Shown here piece by piece: positions 1 to 10,280 of a stretch of 51,226 nucleotides of DNA. This stretch comes from Macrostomum lignano (Eukaryota). The stretch spans positions 1-51,226 of the forward strand of contig NIVC01001425.1 in NCBI GenBank assembly GCA_002269645.1, in the 5' to 3' direction. Position 1 is the first letter of the stretch. Each line of letters starts with the position of its first letter. A program made the translations under genes and the position numbers. The notes beneath the pieces were generated by a model. That model was not told the DNA's origin, did no database searches, and saw only the letters and a program-made list of their open reading frames with translations.

Positions 1-1281
1 CTGAATGTGCGCTGCACCGCACGGCTGGCTGCAGCGGCAGCTTTTTCTGCTGTTTCGGGCAGCTCCGGCGTGGCGCCGCTTCGGCCGCACTCGGCCGTCG
101 AAACGGCGCTGCTGCCAGTTCGAGCGTCTTTGGAGTCGACGAACGCTCTGGCGAAGTACTTGGTCTCCACCGACTGCTGCGGCTTTTGTCGCTGCAGGGG
201 CTGCGGCGTTGTCGATCTGCGAGTCTTTTGCGTCGGCCGACCTCCCTGCAACCGCCTTCCAGCACTGCTGCTGCCGTTCGCATTCAGGACAGGGGCCGCT
301 CCCACGAGCTGTCTTCCTGAAGCGCCCGAGGCCTGGCCCGCAAGGCGAGGGCTCCGCCAGTCGCCGGTGTCGCCAGTGTCGCCTCTGTTGTCGTCTTCCA
401 ACTCGTCTGCGGTGACCACCGCGGCCGCAGCGGCGTTGTTCCGGTTTACCGTGTGCTGCACGCCACTGTGCCGCGTCAGAGCTGCCTGCTGCAGACAGTC
501 GAGCTGCTGCTGCTGCTGCTGGACAGTCTGCCGCGGCTGATCGCCCAAGGCGGGGCAGGGATCTGCTGGCTCCGGGCAGCGGCAGCCACAGCGGAGGTCC
601 TGCGTGTTGCGATACACCATGGCAGCCATGTGCAGCACGAAGTCGAATCTTGCAGGTCATGTAATTCGGCCGCCACGCACCGCCTGCCCGCTGCTGCATG
701 CTGAGCAGAGTTGGGTCCGGCAGGGCGTTGCGCAGCTCCTTCACTGCGCTGGGGCTGGCGCCGCACATGCTCAACGTGTCGGCGTAGATCTTCTCAAATA
801 GGCGCATCAGATTGCTGAGCAGGGCGTCCATGTTGGCCACGTACCAGCCGGCCATGGCCTGCCGGTTGTGACTGCCAGCTGAGGGGTAATTGTACGCCGG
901 TCCTTCGCGAACCTTTGCGGCCTGCTGCCCTGCAGCCTGCGGCCGTAGCGGCGTTGGCGGCTTGCATGGCTGGGGCACCGGGCCGCTGCAGACGGCAGCT
1001 CTGCGCTCAGGCACTGGCGGCTGCCGAGGCTGCTGCTGGCAAAACTGCGGCTGCTGCGGCTGCTGGCACTGATGCTGCTGTTGAGGCTGCTGCTGAGGCT
1101 GCCACTGCTGCTGCGGTGTCTGCCTGACATCGCCAGCTCTTGGCCACCGGCTGTTGTTGCCAGTAGTTCCACCGCAGCTGGCGCCGTTGCCACAGCAACC
1201 GAGTCCGCCTCCGTGCCGAGCAGTCGATCGCGGCGTCTGCCTGAGTCCCCTTTTGTGGTTGAGTCGGGAGAATGGGCGGCT
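1..1281 (-). CDS. Exon 2 (runs to or beyond the window edge) of an unknown gene; Q/S/A-rich low-complexity protein, reading frame ambiguous
   Basis: Acceptor TTTTTTCAAAG(AG) at about 1280-1290 followed by GC-rich sequence. One minus frame is open from 1281 to base 1 and includes a protein-like segment (AMAGWYVANMDALLSNLMRLFEKIYADTLSM) and a poly-Q tract. The ORF-track frame 807..1343 stops at 807. Confidence 0.4.
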
Positions 1282-1497
1282 CTTTGAAAAAAGATGTACA
1301 AAAAGTGGGATTTCGAGTGGGAATTACAGATTTTAAACTTCAAAAATATTTTGCTATGTCCTTGGAGCCATTACTAATGGCATTAGCTGTGCAAACTTTG
1401 ATATCAGTGCGTTCACACTTGCGATAGTCTCTGACGATACTTTTGACTGCTCTCCACCCTCTCGCAGGCACTCCACAGGTGCGCACAGCGAACTCAC

Positions 1498-1892
1498 TGC
1501 GAGTTGTTTGACTGGCCGTCCCAGCGCGCGTCGAAGTTCTCAACGCCGGCGTCGCCGCTCCGACTGGTGCCGCGACTTCGGCCAGGCGTCGCCGTCCGCG
1601 AAGACTCCGAGCTGGCGTACTTCGTCTCGCAGCTGCTGCCGACTGCGCCGTCGCCGAATCCGCCTTGGGCGCCGCTGGTGTCGCAGGCGAGCTCGCGCAG
1701 CCGGGCCGCATTGGCGCGGCTGAAAAGCAGCTGGACGGCCCGGCGGATGAGGCGGTAGTGAAGGTCGGCAACGGCCTCGTCAAACAGCTGGCTGCACAGC
1801 CGCAGGCCGCCCTTCCACTTCAGCGCGTTGGCAAGGCCGGGGCGCCGGGCGATCTCCGTCTGCAGGAACTGCTCGAACAGCTTCAGCGACAT
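1498..1892 (-). CDS. Exon 1 of an unknown gene (MSLKLFEQFLQTEIARR...)
   Basis: ATG at 1892. The ORF ends at a strong donor TCGCA|GTGAGT (1498/1497), phase 2. Protein-like amphipathic N-terminus; no family recognised. Confidence 0.55.
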
Positions 1893-2139
1893 GCCGCTGC
1901 GGGGCCGGCGGCCGCCCTCGCCTCCCTCAGCGCTGGGAGCCTCTGGCCATCAGTCGGGGATTGCCGGCCGGATGTGGCGCATGCTGGGAAGCTGGGGAAG
2001 GAAGTCTCTATAGGGGATGCGGATGGGCGGTTCCTCAGTGCGGAGGGTGTCTCGTCTAAAGTCCTCAGTTTGGGCCACAGACGAATAGCGACTGGCATGC
2101 GTGGACTGGCGATGACTTATTTGGTAACTTTTTGCTCTT

Positions 2140-2480
2140 TTTGAATCGTAGGTAGGAGCATGCTCTGATTCGCCAGAGTCCCAGGCTCGAATCCAAGTGC
2201 AGTTGCATTAATTTGGAGCTAAATTGGAATCTCGGCTTGGCTCTGCTCGCGCAATTAACGCCCTTGAAGGCCAACCTCCAAGGCACAGTGAAGTGTACAT
2301 ACCTGAGGTTAAATAAAGTTAGGGCCCCTGTACACTCCTGTGTGAGTGTGTGCCTGCGTACGTATCCGCGCGCTTGTGTGCCTGCTCAGGGGAGTCGGCG
2401 GAATGGGCAGTAATGCCTCTCGCCGGTTGTGTGCCTATGTCGCTTAAAGTCGCTTAAAGCCCCTGCCTCTAATGAAAAAT
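2140..2480 (+). mobile_element. tRNA-headed SINE, family 1 (degenerate head)
   Basis: Aligns by eye with the reverse complements of 8679-9041 and 19862-20202. Has B-box-like GGCTCGAATCC, shared body CTGTACACTCCTGTGTGAGTGTG...GGAATGGGCAGTAATGCC and an A-rich tail. Confidence 0.8.
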
Positions 2481-2889
2481 TGGGTAGTTACTGACAATTT
2501 ATTAATGTAATAATGCATTACCTGTATCAATAACGATAAAAGCAGGTAAGTTACCTGGTGAATAAATTTTATTGCTGAATAAATTATAGATTTTTGTGTC
2601 TGGCATACTAAAGGTGTTTAATTCTATTGTGCGTCTTTTCTTGCAGAGAAACCAAACAAAACTTCTGAAATATCGCTTTTTCGAGTTAAAATGGCATCAG
2701 CAGCAAAAACATAGCGAAAAAAACTGAGAAGTCGATGAGTTTAATATTTATCGGTGTTATTGGTGCACTCATTGCGAACCAGGAACTACTTCGATTAATA
2801 CGCTCTGAGATGGGTTGAGTTCCAGATAGGCTCAGCAATATTCTCTTGTTTGTTATTTAAGCGAAGCATCGAATCAGACTCTGGCGTGC

Positions 2890-5800
2890 TCACGCCTCAT
2901 CTGAGACGTGCAACACAGCGGATTTGCACCTTCCCACAATTTTATCCATTGTCGACGCAGCGGCCTGGCGACTTTGTCTGGACTCCGTCTCCGACGTTTT
3001 CAGCGAATCGCCCGTCGACCATGCCGTCGGTTTTGCTAGCGACGACGAGACAGCGGCAGTGGCGGCGGCGGCGGCGGTGACTGCAGCGGAGGCCGAGACG
3101 GCTGCTGAGTCGGCGTGCCCGCTGCACAGGTGAGCCTCGATGCGGTCCAGCCGCTGGCGCAACTCGCTTAGGGCTTCGAGCACGTCGCCGAATGCTGTCG
3201 CATTGACTGCACCGGCCCGATCGCCGCTGCCGCCTCGACCGAGCTCTGCCTGACGACCCTTGAGCGCGAAGATTTGGTAAATAAAAAAGTACAAGCAGTT
3301 CTTTGGACTAGAGCGCGGCTGAACGCGCTGAACCAGGCAACGATTGCAACTGTTGAAGATTGTCTTGCAGAGCAGCAGAGGAATGTCCAGCACATTCAAT
3401 GGGGGAGGAAACGGAGAGCGAGCCTTGAACTCGGCCACCAGGTCGTAGCGCTCGAACTGCCAGAGGGCGCGGGATTTATTGTGGATTTCGTCCACTGTCT
3501 TGCTAAACAGGGCGATTAACAGGTTCAGCAGCAGCACATTGGTGATGATGATGTACACGATGAGAAAGAAGTCCGGCACTACAACCTTTCCAATTTTGTG
3601 CGGAGCCGGGCAGTTCTCTTTACCGCAATGATTTTTGCCCATTATGTTCTCATTGGAGTACTCGCCCAGCATGGTGTAGAATGTGAACCGAAGCATGTTC
3701 TCCATAACCTGCAAGTTGAGTAGACAAACATCGTTATTATATTTTATTGTTTTTGAAGTACGAATTTAACAAAGCCTAGATCTTTTTTACTTACATCCAT
3801 CGAACTAGCGGACTGGTGCGACGCGTCAGTCCCGTTGCTGGAGAAGGGTGGATACAGCAGGGCTTGAAACGTGACGCCGAAACCCGCCATAAACACCAGT
3901 ACAATGGACAGGAAAGGAATCAGATCTTGCAGCACCATTTTAGATATCATTTTCAGCTGCGGTCCGAGGCTCTCCAAAACAGACAGCACGTACAGCATCC
4001 GCATATAGAAAGCCAGCAGAGCAACACAGTACATGATTCGCGTGTAGTACAAGTTTGTGTGCACCATCTGGGTAACTTGAGTTGCGGAGCAGCTGCACAG
4101 ATTGTGCTGATGATGATGGTCTGAGTCTGCTGATGAATAGCCGAAGCAGCAATAAAGGTGGGTCACCCATCTGATGACCAGTCCAACTGTTGCCGAGCCC
4201 AGTGACGCCATATCCAGCATATTCCACTTACTGGTGAAGTAGTGATGAAGACTTTTGCTGCGCAGGCTGATCAGAAATTCGCGAACCTCTTCCAGGAAGT
4301 AGCCGAAAAGAAAGATGTACAGAACGTACTCCCACAACGAGCAGCGTTCCTCAACGTCGAACAGAACGATGCGACTAAGAAGAAGTAGGAAGGCAACGTT
4401 GAAGACTGTGTGATACCAGAACTTTGTCGATGGTATTCCGTAGAAGTCTCGGATCAAAGAAAAATAATACAAACAAGGATTCCGCACCTTGTTGGGAATG
4501 ATTAGAGTTGCGAGATCATTGTTACAAGCATTGTCATCGGGATGATGGTCGACAGTCTTTGAGCCGATACCATCGCTGCTGACAGAAGCTGCCCCGACTC
4601 CGCTAGAGGCCGCACCTCCAGTGGCGGCAGCAGCAGCATCAGCGTTTCGACCGCGAAATATGGATGTTTTGCCGGTACGCTTAAAACCGGACTCAAAAGT
4701 CCTTATGCTATAAGATTTGTTGCCGAGACTGCGTTTTCGAATATTTCGAGTATAGTTGAAGAAAAATGGCAGCGTAATAAAAAATGGCGTCATGCCAGCA
4801 AAGAACAACAGAAGTTTCTTGGATCGACGAAACTGGTAGGTTGAAAGGTACCAGTCGAGGTCCAGGGCCGTCTGACAAACAGGAAGCTGCATAAAGCGCT
4901 CTGACTCACCGATGGCCGCCAGATCAATGCAAGAAAAGCCACCATACCTAGGAAGACCTTCGCGGATGAAGCGCAGCGTTACGGCACTCCTTGGCGACGT
5001 GTCCATGTTGCTGCTGACGGTCAGAGCATCAATTACGACGCTTTCACACCGGCTGGCGCACTGCAGGAACGGTTGCTCCTGTGTCACGTTAAGACGCGTG
5101 TTTTTCAACAATCCACGCAAGAGGACTACCGCAAACAGTCCCAGTGGAATGATATCCGTTGTTTCCATGCGGAGTAGCAGCTCTGTAAGCTGAAACTTCT
5201 CCATCAGAATGGACCAAACGACAAGCGAGCGCAGCGGATCCTTCAGCAGCTGATATTTGTCCTTGCTTCCATGCGCTAGATTCACCATAGTTAACTCGCG
5301 CAACCAATTGTTCATTTTGTCGAACATTACTTGCCCATCGTAGACAAACTGCTCCTTGATGAATGGTATGAAAGTTGTAGAGCATCGAGTTGGACACTGG
5401 ATGTACAGCTCTGCAATGTTTTCTTCGATAAGCGCCAGCATCCTCTGCCAGATGCTGCCGCACTCAGTGACGCAATTAACAATGCCGAGATCGTCGCGGT
5501 AAAGACCGAACTTCACCACAGCGCCTGTTAGCTGTTGCAAGCCGGCCTCATCTGAGCGGTTGTGAAGGCGCCGATGGAACCGTAGCAAGCACTGTCTGAG
5601 ATCGTCCGTATCCAAATTGACAGCGGTCAGAAGGGCACGTAGAACTGCAGCTTCTGCTTCGTCGTCGAGCTGTTCCGGCTGCAGCTGCTGACCTCCGCAG
5701 CCTGTCATACAGTCCCAGGCCAGTTCACTTCTCTTGCACAGGCTGTTAGACCGGCTAATTGTTTTAAGAACCAGCAGCAGCTCGTGATACTTGGGAATGA

Positions 5801-6949
5801 GCAGAGCGATAGGTCGGGAGTCCGATGAAACCTGTTTAGCAAAATAGAGACACAGTTCCCGCACCAATTGCTGGTTGTTGTTGAGCAACAGAAGGTCGAT
5901 TGGTGTCACACCGGATTTGTCGCAGAGCTCCAACCTGGCGCCGCGGTCGACCATGTAGGTAAGCAGCTCCATGTTTCCATTGATAGCCAGGATGTGCAGA
6001 CAGGTCCGACCATTCGGATCGGATGCGTTGGCATTTGTGAACTGCAGAAGGCAGTCGATGAGCTCCCGGCGCTCCTCCATAGCGGCGCGGTGCAGCGGCA
6101 AGCAGCCGAGCCTGTCACGAGCGTCTGGCCGGGCTCGGTAGTACAGAAAGATGGTGAGAAATTTTGTGTCCTTGATGGAACAGCAGCGGTGCAAGCAGTA
6201 GTCACCATTTGGATAGGGTATGTTTGGATCTACGCCCGATTCCAGCAAGTTCACCACTAGCCGGATATCCTCGTTGTTAAGCGCCAGATGCAGCGGAACC
6301 AGGCCGCGCTTATTCCGCAAGTTTAACTTTGCGCCTCGCTTTGCTAGAATCTTGAAAAAGTCTGAATCGTGGCGCTCTACACTTAGATGGACGACAGTGT
6401 TGCCAGTGTTTGTATCTTGCAAATCCAAAGCGCACGACCGCGCCATCAGAGCTTCTTGGTACCAGGATTCACCGTCGGTGTACACAGCGCTGATCAGCGG
6501 CACGCCGTCATTGTAGAACAGACAGCTGAGGCTGGCGCCGCGTTGGAGAAGCAAGCTGAACAGAGCCTTGTTGCGCAGCTTGTAGGCGAAAGCCAGCGGT
6601 CGCAAGTTGTTCGCCAGCTCTTCATTGAGCAGCTCGGGTTCTCGCAAAGTATAGCCTTAACTTCGGAAAGATTGCCAGCAGCCAGTGCCGCTGTCAGACG
6701 GTCGCCGAACGGAGAAATCTTAAAGAAGCGCTCCTTGGTGCGAGACAAGGCAGAGCCAAGACGGCTCTCCCAGTTGCTGGTGCTGCCTTCTGTACCGGCT
6801 GTTGTGGTTGCCGGCTCTGCTACTGAAATGGCTGGGTTGCCACCGCTGTGATGACGAGCCATTTCGATGTTGAACGACGAATGCTTCGCTCGATAGGATC
6901 TTAGCTTGGGAATACTATTCGCAGCGCTTCGCTGAGTTTCGCTGAGCAT
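2890..6949 (-). CDS. TRPM-type cation channel with N-terminal ankyrin repeats; exons 6949-3795 and 3708-2890; 1-nt frameshift near 6636-6648
   Basis: About 8-9 ankyrin repeats (e.g. GNTVVHLSVE, GLVPLHLAL, GRTCLHILAINGN), then TRPM-like MHR4 (DPLRSLVVWSIL; CIDLAA..SERFM..VCQTALDLDW), S2-S5 (WNMLDM; LGPQLKMISKM), pore (FYTMLGEY), S6/TRP box (NVLLLNLLIALFS...LWQFERYDLV...PPPLNVL) and a coiled coil. The 86-nt GTAAGT..TTGCAG intron is phase 0. Confidence 0.9.
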
Positions 6950-7481
6950 ACTCAATTTGATGACTGGCCTTATTTATCCGGCCGCTAATTGCAGGATGTT
7001 GGCAATTCCAGACTCTGCTTGATAAGCTTGGGAAAGTTTCCGGGATGCCTGCAACCAACCCTGTTTAGCTGGATGCGGCATGGAAACAATTATTTATTTG
7101 CGACACAATCATCGGTCAGTTTACTGCGAAATTGTTGAGGCCAGTTGAGACTGCCGCGTCAGCTGATGCAGATCCTCCCTGTTGAATCCAGTTTTCGTGA
7201 AAAAACAGGCTGCTGACAGAGGAAGCTCAGCAGCTGAGAATACTGAATTACTGGTTGGGAAAATATTTAGTGCGCGGATTTTTGCACCCAGACTGTGCCA
7301 TTGTGTATGGGTTATCATTTAGAAACTTACAGTCATGCTATAACTTTGTAATACAAAAAATATACTGCATGTTTGAATATGAAGCAAAGTTTCGCTAGTA
7401 GTTCAAGTATTGACTCGTTTGATTAGCATTATATTTATTATCAAACGACCTTCAAGATATTGCAATTGAGGTCTCATTTTT

Positions 7482-9490
7482 TCACTTCTGTTTGCCTTCC
7501 TTCGATTTTACGTCACGTTTTGTCGAGGACTTGTTTGGAGACCGAATTTTCGACTTGCGATCAGCTGCGGCTGAAGCCTGTGCTGCTTGTTGCGGCCCGT
7601 GGGCTGTGCCGTCCTCGCTGCCGCCATAGCGACCGCCGCTTGTTCGGACAGTTTCGTAGCTCCGCTTCGACCGGAACTGAGAGTCCAGCCCGCCCTCCCG
7701 ACGGCAGCAGTCGTGCAGGCGCTGATCGCAGCTGCACGAACGGGTCAACAGAACTTGTTCCAGCTGTTCGTTGCTGCGATCCAACTGGGCGGTCAGAGCC
7801 TCAACAGTCTCCTCCATGTCGCTGTTTCCAGCTGCCCCAGCACCTGCTGCAGATTGTTTCAGCTCGGCCAATTCAGCTTGCACTTTTGACAAATCGGCGC
7901 TGAGACGCGCACGCGCCGTCTGGCTCGCGTCCAGTTGGCGTCGAAAGCTGAGCAGCCGACGCCGCAGGTCGCGATTCTCCGCCTCGGCCGTCTCTCGCTG
8001 GCGCTGCGCTTCTTCTTGGACAGACTCTAGCTGGGCCGCCTGGGTCTCAAGACGAGCTGCCAGGGAATCGATCGTCTCCTGCAGCTCCTCCGCCAGGCGC
8101 CTCCAGTTAGTTGAAGTGTCGGGGCTTTCGGCCTGTGGGCCTGCCTTTGCATCGATGGATCTAAGAGGGGTAAGTTTTGCGATCACAGTTTTTTGCTATT
8201 CTTATGCTCATAGTTTGCCAGCAGTAAGTGATCTTTTTAGAGCCCGGTCATTATTCATTAAGCTGATGCAATCTCGTGGCTAGCCCCGATGTACATTTAT
8301 TCAGCTGTCCAGCGGCACAAAGATTGAACAGTGCTATTGGTGACCCAGCTACTGGTTGGTGATACTTTCCCACGTTGCTGAACTCTGTGCCGTCACGGAT
8401 ACTAAAATAACTAGATAGGCCACTCTGAACTGGCATAACTTAGCAAAACAGCTTTCTACTTTCAGTTCAGTAGCAAAGAAGAATACAAAAGCGATTTTAT
8501 AAAATAAAGGCAGCTGAAATGACTTTGATAAGTTTAGAAGCCCAAGCTTGCAGGCGTAAACAACTTGCTAATTGGTTCACCAATAATGTAGATTGGCCAG
8601 TTCAATGAAATGTACATGGCAGCTTTAGGCTGGAATTCCGAGAAAGGCAATAAAAATTGGGGTGGGGAGGGGCAGGGTTTTTTTATTTTATTAGAGGCAG
8701 GGGGTTGTGTGCACCCTGGCGCACTTTAGGCGACATAGGCACACAACCGGCGAGAGGCATTACTGCCCATTCCGCCGACTCCCCTGAGCAGGCATACAAG
8801 CGCGCGGATACGTTACGCAGACACACACTCACACAGGAGTGTACAGCGGCCCTAACTTTATCAATTGTTAGGCATGTACATTTCACTGCGCCTTGGGGGG
8901 TTGGCTCTCAAGGCCGTTAATTGCACAGGCGAGCCAAGCCGAAATTCCAATTCAGCCCCAAATTAATGTGGCTGCACTTGGAATCGAGCCTGGGTCGCTG
9001 GCACACCAGAGCAGCTGCGCTACCGCTGGGCTACGGCCCCCTATGGCGGGGGAGGGTTTAAGCTGGGGGGAGGAGTCAATAAATGAGCATTGGCTTTAAA
9101 AATACATTAAAATGCTTCAGTTTAACTTACTACTGAACTGAAAGTAGCTTACACGCAAATGTGCTGAGTGGGCCATTTAGTTATTCTAGTTAGTGTATCT
9201 GTGGCTAGACAGAGAAAGTAACGGGAGTTTTTCACTTGGCCAAATGGAAAGTGACCGACAAACAGCACTTACGACGCTGCTTTTCCAGCCAGTTGGTGAA
9301 TAATCTGATTAATTCCAGCTTCAATTCGATCCAACTTGGCATTAGCCGAGCTTTGAGGTTTCTTCTTGTTGCCGACAGAAGAAGCGGACGGCGATGCTTT
9401 GCTGTCGGAAATGTTCGAAGACTTTGCTGTAGCTGTCTCTGACAAACCGTCTGCCACGTGGCTGATTGAATCCGGACTACTCGTAGCCAT
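7482..9490 (-). CDS. Coiled-coil protein of unknown family, about 298 aa; exons 9490-9273 and 8160-7482
   Basis: ATG directly follows an acceptor-like ATTCAG. Donor GTC|GTAAGT at 9273 and acceptor CTCTTAG| at 8160 are both phase 2. Heptad-rich sequence (LAEELQETIDSLAARLETQAAQLESV). Confidence 0.75.
8679..9041 (-). mobile_element. tRNA-headed SINE, family 1 (most complete copy), intronic
   Basis: Minus strand begins GGGGCCGTAGCCCAGCGG (A box) ... GGCTCGATTCC (B box), followed by a body of about 280 nt and an AATAAAATAAAA tail. Two further copies occur in the window. Confidence 0.85.
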
Positions 9491-10280
9491 CTGAATCTCA
9501 GCTTGAAAGCAAATCTGTTGGATATTGGATACTAAACTACAGAATAATGTACCAGAGTATTAGCCGGTCCGAGCCTCTTAGACCAAGCAGAGGAGAGATT
9601 AATCGTTTTTCCAACGCGAATACTGCTTAGCAGAATTACGCACTGCCCCGAACAGTTGATAGGCAAGAATCGTTTTTAACGCGCCATAGCCCCCCCCCCA
9701 CAGCGAGATGTAAGCGATATTAAGAAACGAATTTTCAACACAGCCTCTAACCGCTTCGCAGCCTAACACCTGCGCAACCTTCAAAAAGTAAACAAATATG
9801 ACACGAACAACTTTAAGTCGCTTATGCATCCAAGCGCCATAATAGGCACTAATAGAAATCCAGTACGTGCGTACGTGTATATTTAAAATCAAAATACGAG
9901 CTAATGAAAAATTTAAATGGAAATGGCTAAAATTATTTAATAAAATGAATTCAGGAAATTAGAGAAAAAGTCCTGGTTTATCGGTTAAAATATTGGCACT
10001 GACAGATAAAAACAGATCGTTAAAAAGCTACCGGACATTTCACCTCTGCCTGTAAAGAACAAAGACCAAGAAAAAGGGGAACACTAGCGGGAAATTAAGG
10101 AGGGGAAACGCTAGAGCGGAAATTCCGGGGGGGAATTCCGGAGGGGAATTCCGGAGGGGAAACGTCAGAAAAAGAAATATCGGTAAGCCTGTCGAAACTA
10201 TAGTAGACAAAAAAGGAGCTATTCAAGACAATGATGTGCAAATTAAAACTCTAAACAAAATCGTTTCGGACACTTGCAGC

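Noticed and set aside
6632-6660. 29-nt GTTAAG..CGAG micro-intron as an explanation of the TRP frameshift
   Set aside because: It restores the frame but deletes the conserved VKAIL helix of the ankyrin-like repeat and uses a weak GAG acceptor; a 1-nt indel is more parsimonious.
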